Shown here: positions 1-14,340 of the stretch, piece by piece
Position numbering within the stretch: the first letter of the stretch is position 1
Layout of the letters: each line of letters starts with the position of its first letter
Assembly: GCF_006345805.1 (NCBI RefSeq)
Contig: NC_043002.1
Coordinates: 60,016,001 to 60,080,000, forward strand
Source: Octopus sinensis
Lineage: Eukaryota
Length of the DNA: 64,000 nucleotides
Direction of reading: 5' to 3'
The notes under the pieces: model-generated
The model's database searches: none
The model's input: the letters and a program-made list of their open reading frames with translations, nothing else
Told to the model about the DNA's origin: nothing
Position numbers and translations under genes: made by a program

Positions 1-1760
<1,760 letters not shown>

Positions 1761-1774
1761 ATTATTACTACTAT

Positions 1775-1958
1775 TCCTTCGAAACACCGTGGAAGTAAAA
1801 ATGCACCGGAGTCTTTAGTCATCTATAAAGTCACAAAAAAAAACCCAGGCAGATAATACTTTCCTTAAGATATGCGCTGTGCTTAATAATGCTCATTTTT
1901 GCATGAAATCAATCTTGCATGGGACTTCCTGTTGCTCTAAGATGTTTTGAAATTTCAG
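1775..1958 (-). mobile_element. Severely 5'-truncated R4/Dong 3' end (distinct family)
   Basis: Minus strand encodes MQK*ALLSTAHILRKVLSA, the R4/Dong C-terminal motif, followed by a short UTR. Bounded by TAA-type repeats. Confidence 0.75.
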
Positions 1959-1959
1959 A

Positions 1960-2035
<76 letters not shown>

Positions 2036-2038
<3 letters not shown>

Positions 2039-5000
2039 TAGTTTTATTTTTATAGCGTGCTTTTACTTCACTACCGAGCGCAGTTCTGTGTGCCTTGGGT
2101 ATGTGCTGTGATTTGTTGTGATGCTCTGATGGTTATTGTATGGAAAGTGTTCTGCGTAGGATGTGTGCTTTGCCTGGCAGTGCAATTTTCTGTATGTTAT
2201 ATGTGTTTGTAAGTCCTGGTGTTTTTGTTATGTATTTGTCTGAATATTTTTTATCATGCCTAATGCACCTACTATGAGAGGAATTGTTTCTGTTTTTAGA
2301 TTCCACATTCTGGTTACCTCTATTTCCAGGTCTTTGTATTTTGAAAATTTCTCCATTTCTTTTAGAGACACGTTGTCATCTGCCGGTATTGATACATCAA
2401 TTAGAAAGCATTTTTTTTTCTTCATGATCTCTGACAACTATATCTGGTCTGTTGGTCTTAATTTCTCTATCTGTGTGCATCGGCATATCCCAGAGTATGG
2501 TTGCTTTCTCGTTTTCTGTGACCTTTTCTGGTGTGTGCCTATACCATCTTTTTTCTGTTGTTATTCCATAATGTTGGCATAGATTCCAGTGTATGTAGGT
2601 TCCAACTCTGTCATGTCTGTGAATATATTCCTTCTTAGCCAGGACTGGGCAGCTAGAGATAATATGATTTATTGTTTCTTGTCCATCTCCACATATTCTG
2701 CAGTTACTTATTATATTTCTTTTCATTACATGTTTTTGGTAATTTCTGGTGGGGTGGCTTTGGTCTTGTGCTGCAATTAAAAATCCCTCTGTCTCTGCTT
2801 TGAGTGCTGAGCTTCTCCAACCATTGCTGGGATTTTTCTTTGTCTATTTCTTTTGCATTTAGTATAGTCCAGTATTTACCATGAAGGGGCTTTTCTTGCT
2901 ATCGTTTTATCATGGTTCTTTGCTGTTGTAGTTTTAGTTTGGATTTCATTTGTTTTATAGTTTTTCTTGTTTCTTCATCTTCTTCTTCTTCATGTTTTTT
3001 AGGTGGTATGATTTCTTGTTTGTATATGTCAGCTTCCTTAAATACTGAGAACAGTTTTTTGTTTTGCCGCTATTTGTATCAGTTTTTCTTCCTTCTGAAG
3101 TAGATATTTTTGCCGTCCTATGGTGGTTATTTTATAGTAGTTTTCCAGCTGTATAAGGCCTCTACCACCTTCTATACGTTGTATATATAGTCTTTCTATG
3201 TCAGATTTTGGGTGATGCATCCTAGATCCTGTCATAATTTTTCTTGTTTTCCTATCTATTTTGGTCAGTTCATTTAGTGTCCAGTTAAGGATATTATAGC
3301 TGTAACTTATAACTGGGACAGATAAAGTGTTAACACCTATTATCTTGTTTTTAGCATTGAGCTCTGTTTTTAGTATTGATCTAACTCGTCTACAATATTC
3401 TTTTTTTTATTTTCTCTTTCATTTGTGTGTGTTGTGTCTTATCTAGTTCATAGATTCCTAAGTATTTGTCAGTTTGGCTTTGGTCTAATTCTTTTATTTC
3501 ATTGGTTTTATCTAGTGTGATGTTGTTACTCTTAACTAGTTTTCCTCTTTTCAGGGTTACTTTGGCGCATTTTTCTAATCCAAATTTCATATCTATTTCT
3601 TTGGTAAATCCATGAACTGTCTTTAATGGTGTTTCCAGCTGTTTGTCATTTGCAGCGTATAGTTTTAGGTCATCCATATATAAAAGGTGGCTGATCGTTT
3701 TGCTGTAACATTTATATCCGCATCCAGTTCTATTTAGCATATTAGATAGAGGTGACAGTGCCAAGCAGAAAAGGAGTGGAGAGAGCGTGTCTCCCTGGAA
3801 TATTCCTCTTCTATTGGGGATGGCTTTGGTTTTCATGAGTCCCTCTTTTGTTTGGAGCTGTAGGACTGTTTGCCATTTATTCATAGGGGGCCCTATGAAT
3901 TTTATAATTGTTGGTGCTACTTTGTTAATGGCTAGTGTTTAGAGGATCCATGTGTGGGGGATGCTATCAAACGCCTTTTTGTATTCGATCCAGGCCATAC
4001 TGAGGCCTTTCTTCTTTCTGTGGCTGTCTTCAGTTATGGCTTTATTAATCATTAGTTGATCTTTACAGCCATATGAGCCTTTGCGGCATCCATTCTGCTT
4101 TTCTGGAAACAGGTTGTTTTCGTCCAGGTGCTTGTTCAACCTTTGCGATATCACTGCAGTAAATGCCTTGTACATTGTAGGGAGACAGGTTATTGGTCTG
4201 TAGTTTTCTGCTTGTGCTGTCTCATTTGATTTGGGAATTAAAATGGTTTTCCCCTTCGTGAGCCATTCAGGCATTGTCTCTGGCTCTGCTAGTATGTTGT
4301 TAAAGTTTTCAGCCAGCTTTTTGTGCATTCCTGTTAGATATTTCAACCAGATGTTGGGGATCTTGTCATGCCCAGGTGCCTTCCATTTGCTTAGTCTTTT
4401 CAGTGCCTGGGTGACCTCTTCAGTTGTTATGGGGGTCCAAAGTTGCTCAGATGCTGAGTTTGTTGTTTTAATACTCCTTTTGTTTTGCTTGTTCGTTCGC
4501 CGACCATATTTCTCTCCAGAATTCTTCCACTTCTTCTGCCGTTGGTGCTGCAGTGATTTCTATTTTATTTTTGCCAAGTTCTTGGTAGAACTTTTTGTAG
4601 TTGGAGTTGAACTTTTTGTTTTGTTCAAAGAAGCGCTGGCGTTTCTCGTACCGGCGGATCCTTTGTGCTTTGGCAAGGATATCTTGTTTAGCTTTTCTTT
4701 TATCTCAGGTAAATCTTTTTCTGTGATGTTGTATTTGCGGAGTATTTTTGTTTTCTTTTTGTTGCTCAGTAGCGTTGATTGTCTACCCATTTCATTAAGA
4801 ATCGACAGATCTTTTTTCATTTTTTGTATTTTGTTTTGGATGTTATTTATGAAAAGGGTTTGTTGGGGTGGTGGTACTCCTGTTTGGATGGGTTTGAGTG
4901 AGTATCCAGCTTCTTTTGTGGCTGCAGTGGCTGCTGCATATACTAAGTCATTTAGCTCAGTGATATCGCTTTTTGTTTCAGTGGCTTTTGCGTGACGGCT

Positions 5001-5579
5001 AGGTTTATGCTGTTTATGATTGATGTTGTTGTTTCGTCTACTTTGATTTTTGGGAAGTATGGTCGATGGTCCATTTTGAGCTCTGTGGTTTTCAGTTCTT
5101 TGATTATTCTACTTTTTATATTATAATCATTAGGCTCCCCTCCGTTGTTTCCAGGTTTTAGATTTGTGTCGTTTTCTTTCTCATTTGTATGTTTGTTTGT
5201 CGTGTTTTGGCTTGCTGTTTGTCGTGTATTATTATGCATCCTTACGGTCTGGGTTTGTTGTTTTTTTGTTTACATCGTGTTTGTTGGGAATATTACGTTT
5301 GTCTTCGTGCTTTACTGTTTCAGTGTTTATATTATTGGGTATTGTTGTGTGGCTTCTATCTACATTTTCCTGATGTATTTTTTTCTTTTAGATGTTCTAT
5401 TTCTATTTCTGATATTTTTTGCGTTGAGAATGTATTTTCGTACGTTAGCTAGTTTATTAGGGTTCATTGCTGTATCCAAGTCTATATTTATGTTAGTTTC
5501 CTTCCATATTTTATATGTATGTGTTGTGTTTTCATTTTTTGGGTAGAGCACTGCTGTGAAGTAAGCGTGTAGTATAGAA

Positions 5580-5580
<1 letters not shown>
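2036..5580 (-). mobile_element. Near full-length, frameshifted R4/Dong-clade non-LTR retrotransposon (RT + CCHC zinc finger + restriction-like endonuclease) inserted in (TAA)n
   Basis: ORF pieces contain the RT motifs NYRPITCLPTMYK, KAFDSIPH, QGDTLSPLLFCLAL and HLLYMDDLKLY; the zinc finger CRICGDGQETINHIISSC; and the REL motif RPDIVV...LIDVSIP...KYKDL. Flanked by (TTA)n at 1960-2035 and 5581-5672. 5'-truncated inside the N-terminal domain. Confidence 0.95.
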
Positions 5581-5632
<52 letters not shown>

Positions 5633-5634
5633 CA

Positions 5635-5665
<31 letters not shown>

Positions 5666-5672
5666 TATTATT

Positions 5673-5842
5673 GTTCTCTTTGCACAGCTTTTAACGCTAG
5701 AGATGTACTACGCTGTCAGCTGTTCTCTACCAGTGAACTAAGGTAACACCTCTTATTTTTCGAGCACCTTCCGAAGTATTCGAGCGGTTCCAAGCAGTGC
5801 TGTTTTCTGCAAGTGCTTCACCCTCATTGCAGCCCCTATTTG
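5673..5842 (-). mobile_element. Short R4/Dong 3' end (another family) between TAA/CAA tracts
   Basis: Minus strand encodes KHLQKTALLGTARILRKVLEK*, then a UTR ending in (AAT)n. Confidence 0.8.
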
Positions 5843-5866
5843 TTGTTGTTGTTGTTATTATTATTA

Positions 5867-5928
<62 letters not shown>

Positions 5929-6336
5929 TAAATATTGTTTTATTACTATTATTTTTTCATAACATTAAAATGTATTTACATTGTGCACTGAAAAGGCCTC
6001 AAAATTTAAATTCCTTTTTCCAGATAGATTTAAAATGAGATTTGTATAAGTTTCGTGCATGTATACTAAAGGTTATGTATGTAAGATTTACTTATATAAG
6101 TGTGTATGCATGTGAGTGTATATGCGTATGTCAGTCAACATGCATATGTATAAATATACCTATATATATGTATGTGTGTGTATGCATGTATGTATATATA
6201 AATGTGTATGTATATATATTCATATATATATATATGCCTCTATATATATATGCCTATATATATATACTCACACACAAACACAAACACACATATATATGAA
6301 ACCAGAATAGTTTGTAAATTTATTATTATTATTATA

Positions 6337-6460
<124 letters not shown>

Positions 6461-6676
6461 TTCAGTTATACAAACTATTCTAGTTTTACCTGAGGCTTGT
6501 ATACATAAGAAAATAAAATATGAATGTGTGTGTGTGTGTGTTCGTGTGTGTGTTTGTGTACGTGTGGTATGCGTTTGTGCACGTGTGTGTATCAATATAT
6601 ACACAGCTCTCTGCGTCATTCTCTTTCTCTGTCTCGTCTCACACAAACAGACACAAGCACAAACACTCACGCACAC

Positions 6677-6713
<37 letters not shown>

Positions 6714-6780
6714 CACATATGTATCTGCGCATGCATATTTTTTTCGTGCTTCCATGCGTAAATGTCTCTGTGTTTGTGTA

Positions 6781-6872
<92 letters not shown>

Positions 6873-7661
6873 GTATATAAAGCTAATGCATCACGTGCTT
6901 TCGTCTGTGTGTCTTTATGCATAGAAATAAATATATTTCATTTATCTATTTATTTGTCTATTTATTTATTTCATATTACCGTCAACGTTTTATGACATTT
7001 ATGTAAATAATCTGTAAATAGTCTTCTTATACAATTTTCAAAACTTTCTACTTCCATAAACACTATGAGCAATCGCTGAGATTTATGAATATTAAATTAT
7101 AGTCAGTTTGTTTTGTATTGTTTTCCAGTTTGGGAATATTTCCGTATAGTTGTGTACAGAAACTCGTTGGCAAAGTATAAACTTCAGGATTCGAAATAAC
7201 AGCTAAACTAATTATAGTAAATAAACTTCACATAATTTAGTAAGTGAAATCATTTCCAACGTGCAGTATCAAAGAATATCTAACTACAGTAAGATCTGAT
7301 TTGTGATAAAAGTAAAAAAAAAAGTAATCTTATTCTATGGTTTATCTCTACTTTAATAGATGTGTTAAGAAGTAGACCATTTTGTCGAACTTAGAAAATT
7401 ATTATAATGGTATTACTAAGCAAACACATGCGTATGTATACATACATCCACACATATATATGTATATAATATTTGAAGATAGATGGAAACCGTCAGCTAT
7501 TTCTGTGCTATTTATTGACGCAGTAAATTTACGCTTAAAATGTGTAGATTTCACTGTAAAAATTCCAACATCACTTCAAGTTTTCGAATTTAAAGTTCCC
7601 TTGCAAGCGATAGATGTGTGGCTCGCAGTCAATGGTGACAGATCCCCTCCTCTCTCTCTCC

Positions 7662-7729
<68 letters not shown>

Positions 7730-7730
7730 A

Positions 7731-7775
<45 letters not shown>

Positions 7776-7809
7776 GTCTGTCTGTCTATCTATCTATCCA
7801 TCAAAACAG

Positions 7810-7953
7810 GCGTGGCTGTGTAAAAACGATGAGGTCCTGGCCTCTGTTCGAATCTGAGGCACATTGGGAAAGTGCCTTCTCGTATAAAAATCATCCCGAC
7901 TAAAACCTTATGAGTGAATTCGGTGGACTGAAACGATGTGGAAACCCATAGTG

Positions 7954-7960
<7 letters not shown>
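7810..7960 (+). mobile_element. Old CORE-type SINE 5' half
   Basis: GGCGTGGCTGTGT head and CACATTGGGAAAGTGCCTTCTCGTATA block, diverged from the 916-1378 family. Confidence 0.55.
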
Positions 7961-7990
<30 letters not shown>

Positions 7991-7994
7991 AATG

Positions 7995-8126
7995 TTTCCT
8001 CCTCGAGCCATGCCAAGCGCTGAAGTATCTTGCTCAAGGACACAACGCGTCTCCCGGTCCAGGAATCTAAATCACAATCTTACGATCATGAGTCCAACAC
8101 CGTAACCACTAAGCTATGCGCCTCCG
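7995..8126 (-). mobile_element. tRNA-derived SINE head + CORE fragment
   Basis: Minus strand GGAGGCGCATAGCTTAGTGGTT (box A) ... GTGTCCTTGAGCAAGATACTT. A fuller copy is at 27640-27870. Confidence 0.7.
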
Positions 8127-8197
8127 TGTGCACGCATACGTACATAGGTACATACATACATACATACATACATACACACACACATACATACACACAT

Positions 8198-8241
<44 letters not shown>

Positions 8242-8260
8242 GCGTGTGTGTGTATGTATG

Positions 8261-9233
8261 ATCACGGAGAGCTATTTGCTGATGATGCCGCTCTGGTATC
8301 ACACACAGAAGAAGCCCTACAAAGGCTCATCAATGTTTTGAGCAAGCATGTGGCAGCTTGGCTTAGTTATCAGCTTCAAGATGACCAACATCATGGGTCA
8401 GGCGATATCGACCATCCCAAACATACATTTAGGAGACCACAGACTACAGGGGGTGGAGAAGTTTACCTATCTTGGCTCTACCGTCACCTATAACCTATCC
8501 CTTGATACTGAGCTCAATATACGCATTGGCAAAGCAGCTGCTGTGATGGCCCAACTCTCCAAACGGGCATGGGGCAACAAAAAGCTGACCAAGACCACAA
8601 AAATTAAGATTTACCAGGCATGTGTACTTAGCACTCTACTGTATGGAAGTGAGACTTGGACGCCATACACACGCCATACGACGCCATACGTCGCCTAAAT
8701 ATCTTTCACCTGCGCTGCCTCCGGAAAATCCTTCGCATCAACTGGCAGAATCATGTCCCCAATAAAGATGTCCTCAAGCAAGCAGGAATACCAAGCATGT
8801 TTACACTCCTCACACAAAGACGTATGAGATGGCTTCGACATGTTAGCCGTATGGAAGATGGCAGAATCCCCAAGGACATACTCAACGGTGAGCTTGGTAG
8901 GGGCACTAGGTCTGTGGGAAGACCGTTCTTACGAAACAAGGATGTTTGCAAAAGGGACATGAATGCCTGCAACATCAATATTACCAAAGGAGTGACATAG
9001 AAGGAGAGGAGAAATGGAAAGCCAAGAAAAGAGTCAACAAGATAGTATGACATTACAACCAGCCAGGCAAAATCTTCGCTACATTTGCGGCACCTGCCAG
9101 AGGGAATGTTTGTCCAGGATAGGACGACACAGCCACAGCAGGAGATGTATTAGGATATGAAATATAAAAGCCGGAGTAGATTATTTTATGTGCAACTCCA
9201 TTGTCTCCCAAGACAAGAAGAATGCCAACAACA
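8261..9233 (+). mobile_element. 5'-truncated RTE-clade (BovB-like) LINE 3' portion
   Basis: LFADDAAL, FTYLGSTV, RIGKAAAVMAQL, LSTLLYGSETW, RMEDGRIPKDILNGEL, GRPFLRNKDVCKRDM. 3' UTR CCATTGTCTCCCAAGACAAGAAGAATGCC. Frameshifted. Confidence 0.92.
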
Positions 9234-9517
9234 ATATATATGGATTTCGTAGACAGGAACTGACACAAATCAATCGTATATATATGTATATATATAAGTG
9301 TATGTGTGTGTCTTTGTTTCGCCTTCATCAGTGCTTCACAACTGCTGTTCATTTATTTCATCCACAAAAACTTACTGGTTTCACAAGAACAAACTAATAG
9401 AATAAGTACTAGGCTTATCAACATAAAAAGGCACTAGGCTGTGTCTCATATTTTTGTTTGCCCACTCAGTTGTATCTATCAATTTATCTTTGTGTGTGTG
9501 TGTGTATCTCTCTCTCG

Positions 9518-9568
<51 letters not shown>

Positions 9569-9569
<1 letters not shown>

Positions 9570-10140
9570 CGGGAAGCTTTATGAAAATAAACAAAAGACG
9601 AAGGCAGGTGGAGTACAAACAAACAATTGTATTTGTATGGCGCTCAGGAATATAAATAAAACAAGTCTTTTACGTTTCGAGCCTACGCTCTTCAACAGAA
9701 AGTGTGGCAACGTGGGCGGGAGCAGGGGAACGAGCCAGGTTGGGAGGTAGGGTCAGGGAAGGAGCTGTGGACCAAAAGGTCTCGTAGGTTATGGGCTCAT
9801 TTGAAGGAGGGCAGGGGTCGGTTAGGGAAGAGGTGTGAAGTGGACGGGTCGGACTGGAGATGCCGAAAAGCTCGAAGAATGGTGCGTTGGAGAGGTAGGG
9901 TTGTGGGGTGGTAATTGAGGGGAAAAGGGAGGCGGGAGACTACAGGGCGGGTTCGGGGGGAGAGAGCAGATGCACGGTGTAGATAGTGGTAAGGGGCTAT
10001 CCACATAGGATGAAGTGGCGAGCCATGCGTTGAGACTGAGTCTCAAAATCATGGTCGTCACTACAGAGCCTACGTAGACGGAGGAATTGGGAATAGGGGA
10101 TGGAAAGCTTGGTGTGTTTTGGGTGGGAGGAAGAGAAGTT

Positions 10141-10143
<3 letters not shown>
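9569..10143 (-). mobile_element. Penelope-like (Neptune-type) fragment: RT thumb/linker fused to a hammerhead-bearing terminal segment
   Basis: Minus strand reads NFSSSHPKHTKLSIPYSQFLRLRRLCSD...NLRDLLVHS...PCSRPRCH, then joins a ~135-bp segment (9569-9702) that is repeated at 27339-27473. Flanked by (TA)n. Confidence 0.85.
9667..9702 (-). ncRNA. Minimal type I hammerhead ribozyme-like motif, A6U variant
   Basis: cttt CTGTTGA a GAGC gtag GCTC GAAA cg TA aaag: stem I, stem II, palindromic ACGT stem III and a GUA cleavage triplet. Confidence 0.65.
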
Positions 10144-10181
<38 letters not shown>

Positions 10182-10207
10182 TATATATATATGTATGTAT
10201 GTATGTA

Positions 10208-11271
10208 TGTATATATATAACACCCTAATGGGAACCTTAACTCCGAAATTTTAGTAATTTCTTATATGATACAAAATTAGGTCAAAAGTACTGAATGGAC
10301 CTTTATGAAATTTGGAAAGTATATTCTAAGCATAAGGGCCATAACCCCCATGACAATTCATATATTTTTGTTGTTGATGATATTTTAACCATAGATATTA
10401 GACACAAATGAATTAATATTTATAAAATTTCATCTTCTTACAAAGTTAGAAAGACCCCTCCACGGGGACTTAACACCCACAATTTTGACATTTTATTTAA
10501 GCAAAAACGAATACAGCTGTGCTCTTGAAAGCTGTAGGGTTACCCGAGCATAATAATGTTGGGCATTATTTCTAATTCAATGGTACAACAGTGTAACAGT
10601 TTGCTTTGACATACACTTACATTGTGATTTCTGCAATGTGGTGCATAAAATGTTAAGTAAATGAAAGGCAACTTTGTCTCCACTGATTCAGTTGCAAAGT
10701 GTTGAGTAAAGTTATTTGATTGCAGACCTCCATTCAGTCTTTTTATAATCACTCGGTCACGCGTAGTCCCCAGATGGTAACATTGATTACAAGGCCTTCC
10801 CAGATGAGTGACTGGTTATTCAAAGACATTTATAGATTTTAAATTCATTCTGTCCAGTTACGTATCAGTATAGTGGTCATTTGCAAACTCCAGAAGTGAC
10901 ACTTTATTTTCTCCTAAGCCCTCACGTCACACTGTTGTTAATGTTGATTTCAGTTGGGTCACGCCCTTCCAATTGCTATAGATTCGTAATGCATCTTACG
11001 GCTGTACCTGTCAACTGGATGGTGAGGAATCCTACATTGGGAGTGCAACGACTAGGGTAGGGTAACTGACTGCTTATTGTGATCATTCGTGTTTTGGTTT
11101 CCATGTGGCACGATTACAATTGTTTTAAGGTGTGTAAAGAGGGAAATAATCCTCTTCTGCAATTTTGATGAAATTCGAAACATAGATATTCCAGTTCATT
11201 CAGAAAATATAACAGAAAAGTCTAATTCTTCAATTGAATGTAACCGGGGCAACGCCGGGTATCTCTGCTAG
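10208..11271 (+). mobile_element. Non-autonomous Helitron/HINE-like element
   Basis: 3' end has the hairpin ACCGGGGCAACGCCGGGT followed by CTAG (11268-11271). 5' part has an AATGGACCTTTATGAAATTTGG DINE/HINE-like block and starts in a TA tract. The 5' boundary is approximate. Confidence 0.6.
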
Positions 11272-12345
11272 CATACATATATATAAGGGTAAAAGAAATA
11301 ATTTCCACCTTGATATACGAGCCATGATATACATTAAATATAACTTAACTAGAAAAATACCCAACTCAGTAACAGACGAAGCATTACTAAGATTAAAATA
11401 AAAGAAAATAATCGCTAACGCTATGCACATTGTGAAATTTAATTTGAAATATATTTTTGAATTTGACAGAATAAAAAATATAAAAATTGTCAAGCAAAAT
11501 AATATTCTAAAAGATACTAAATATTTTTCCATAAAATTATGTTAAAGTGTAAAAAAAAATTATTAATAATTTGCAGCGACACAATTATAATAAATCAAAA
11601 TAGCGATATATAAACACTCTAGTAGTGTCTGACTATTTAAACACAGAACAAGTCACACCCATACACTCATTCTCAATATAGTAACTAATAAACTGTAAAA
11701 ATATAATTAAAAAAAATTAAGTCCAACAATAATACATACTGTTTATGAAACAGACATATAGGAAAACTATCGCCAACACAAACTTCACATGCATATCATC
11801 GTCTGGTGTTCTTAAGAAGAACAGAATGTAAAAAGGAAAAAAATGCCGTTCTCTTTATCAAGAAAGCATAGATTTTCTTTCACATATAGACACGTATTCC
11901 CAGGATGTGAAGTAAGAAGTGTTTTTGAATATTACTAGAAATAGAATAATAGGTATTGAGACACACAAAAATATATGGATTTATAAAAACTAAATTTAAT
12001 TTTAAAAAAAGAAACTGAAATAAAAGGACAATAAAATACAAGCTTACGTATATTTCTGAAAGTTATCTGAGGAGAAAAATCACAAAAGCCAACACTCACG
12101 CATAGATATTAAAACGGAGATGAAACAAATTTTTTTTAAACAATGAAAAGAGAAATTATTCTTTCGCATGAAATCCAGCTAATGTTAGATATACTTTGAA
12201 ATATAGTGGCATAAATTCAGAAAACAAACCTTGTATATTCATATCCGTGCATGAAAACAATTGAAATAGAACCAAATATAATGATTAAGAGCGCGGGCTA
12301 CTAACCCCAAGATTCCGAGTTCGATTCCGAGCAGTGACCTGAATG

Positions 12346-12399
<54 letters not shown>

Positions 12400-12400
<1 letters not shown>

Positions 12401-12937
12401 GTAGCACCAAAATGTTTTTGGAAACTAAAAGGAAAACTAAATCAGTATACCAAATCGATTGTCCTATGGTTAATCTGGAAGCGCGTCCCCCAGGGAATAG
12501 CCAGCCTGGGATCGAAAAGTCATCAACTGACACAAACTCTTCTCCGAATACGGACATGGATGGTCACTTGAACGGGAAATCCCCCAACTCGAGCCCTCCA
12601 AGTTCACCACCACAACCACCACAGAAAGAAAAATGTAAGCGGAACAAATGGACCCGAGAAGAGTATAAAGAAGTAATATACGCTTATTACTATGCATTAG
12701 GTAGGCCATCTCAAGAGAGACACACCGCAAACTCTTACAGTATATGGAGAACACGGAATCAAGACAGTAGGCCCTATTTGGACGAGAAATTTTAATTTAA
12801 CTTTAAAAAAAAAAAAATTAACGAAGTACTGAGTTTGGTTTAATGGCCTACCAATGTATACTATGAGTTTCTTTGCCCTAGGAGTCGGGAAGACACTCGG
12901 CAAGAAATGGAAGCAATTTTGAAAGAAGAAAAAAAAA

Positions 12938-12938
<1 letters not shown>
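12400..12938 (+). mobile_element. R4/Dong-family 5' region, possibly joined to a 3' UTR (internal deletion)
   Basis: KRNKWTREEYKEVIYAYYYALGRPSQERHTANSYSIWR is homologous to ILHAYFTAVLYPKNENTTHTYKIWK of the 2036-5580 element. Flanked by (AAT)n on both sides. Confidence 0.7.
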
Positions 12939-12979
<41 letters not shown>

Positions 12980-13027
12980 TTGAAAAATACCTTAGGAATG
13001 AGAATCCAGGCTGGAAATTTCCCCAAG

Positions 13028-13071
13028 ACACCTGATGAAACCTGGAGGGTACATCAACGGGAACGTTGTGT
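13028..13071 (+). ncRNA. Degenerate minimal hammerhead ribozyme
   Basis: acac CTGATGA ... GGAA cgtt gtgt. Stem II and the GAAA segment are mutated relative to the 31497 and 29591 copies. Confidence 0.55.
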
Positions 13072-13339
13072 TAACATCAAACAAGATGAGGACAAATATT
13101 CGTCAAATGTAAATAATGTACAAATATAATGAGTTAGAGAAAAGAATATATACTTTAATATATACATGAAGGTTAAAGCCTGAACATAAGAAGATATAAC
13201 ATAGGTAAAGCCCACTTGACGAGAGACTCTGAGAAGTAACATGTATTTTTCTGTCTTCTGGAGCACAAGGACTCATAAAACCGGTTATCTGGATTCCATG
13301 GCATAAACGTGACCGAAATCACAGCCCCTCCCCAACCTA

Positions 13340-13548
13340 GAAGCCGGTTCGTAGCAGGGTCTAATGCCAGCAGCTTTGAGAGGAGGGGCAGGTCGATTAT
13401 ATCTACCCCCAGTAGGTAACTGATAAGTTAAGTAATCGAAATCAGAATGGATTGAAATGCAACCCAGATCTTGCCGGGATTCGAACTCATAACCCAGGAC
13501 AAAATATAGCAAAGCATTTCATCCGACATTCCAATGATCCTGCCAGCT
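13340..13548 (-). mobile_element. Old tRNA-derived SINE (21055-type family)
   Basis: Minus strand GCTGGCAGGATCATTGG...GAGTTCGAATCCCGGC...CTGGGGGTAGATATAATCGAC matches the 21055-21436 family. Confidence 0.6.
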
Positions 13549-13694
13549 GGAAGCCATCATGCATATTCATTATTTGATATGAATAGGGAAAACGTCAGCA
13601 GACATGTTTCTCAACTGTCCATAAGGATGTATTCACTAATGGAAAACATAATGGAATCAACATATAGAAATCAACAACACACAAAGCATTCGTT

Positions 13695-13925
13695 TATTCT
13701 TTTATTCTTTTCTGCTACTTGTTTCAGTCATTGGGCAGCGGCCATGCAGGAGCAGCGCCATAAACGTATTCTTAGTCGAAGAAATCAGCCTCAGGACTAA
13801 TTCTTTGTAAGCCTGGTACTTATTCTACTGGTTGTTCTGCCCAACCGCTAATTTACTGGAAGGTAAGCACACCAACGCCGGTCGTCAAGTCCTGACAGAG
13901 GCACAAACACAAAAACAAAAGCAAA
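13695..13925 (-). mobile_element. CORE-type SINE 3' half
   Basis: Matches the tail of the 916-1378 family (GTTTCAGTCATT...GCCATGCAGGAGCA...CTTTGTAAGCCTGGTACTTATTC). Confidence 0.75.
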
Positions 13926-14108
13926 CACACACACATATATACATACACACACACACTCATACATACGACTATATTTTTTTCTGTTTACATCGCGGATTCT
14001 TTTTCGATTTCTTCAGTCAGTTATTTTCTCTTTTTCTTCGAAACAACCATTCTCTTCATGGACATCGTTATCATATGAATGAAATGATATTAAAATCGGA
14101 GAGAGAGC

Positions 14109-14139
<31 letters not shown>

Positions 14140-14267
14140 AAGGAGAAAGAGAGAATGAAAGAAACATTAGAAGAGATAAATTACATACGATTGACATAGA
14201 CTCCCTCTCATAACTAAACACAGAGAGCAATATTTTCATGTTATAGATAGAGAGAGAGAGAAGGGGT

Positions 14268-14309
<42 letters not shown>

Positions 14310-14340
14310 GACGGTACGGAGAAAACGAGAGAAACATATC

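Larger units (their letters stand above)
12282..13121 (+). mobile_element. Composite tRNA-head/(AAT)n/hammerhead element interrupted by a Dong-derived insert
   Basis: Head with box B GAGTTCGATTCC ends GCAGTGACCTGAAT, then (AAT)n, the insert at 12400-12938, (AAT)n, and CTTAGGAATGAGAA...ACACCTGATGA...GTTGTGTTAAC...GTAAATAATGTA. The same modules occur at 24227-24381, 29525-31447 and 31455-31620. Confidence 0.8.

Noticed and set aside
4231-5546. Plus-strand hydrophobic ORFs
   Set aside because: Antisense shadows of the A-rich Dong coding strand.
12282-12343. tRNA genes (also 8040-8126, 14640-14720, 31375-31447, 56570-56640, 60289-60360)
   Set aside because: No complete cloverleaf; each continues into a repeat body, so they are SINE heads.
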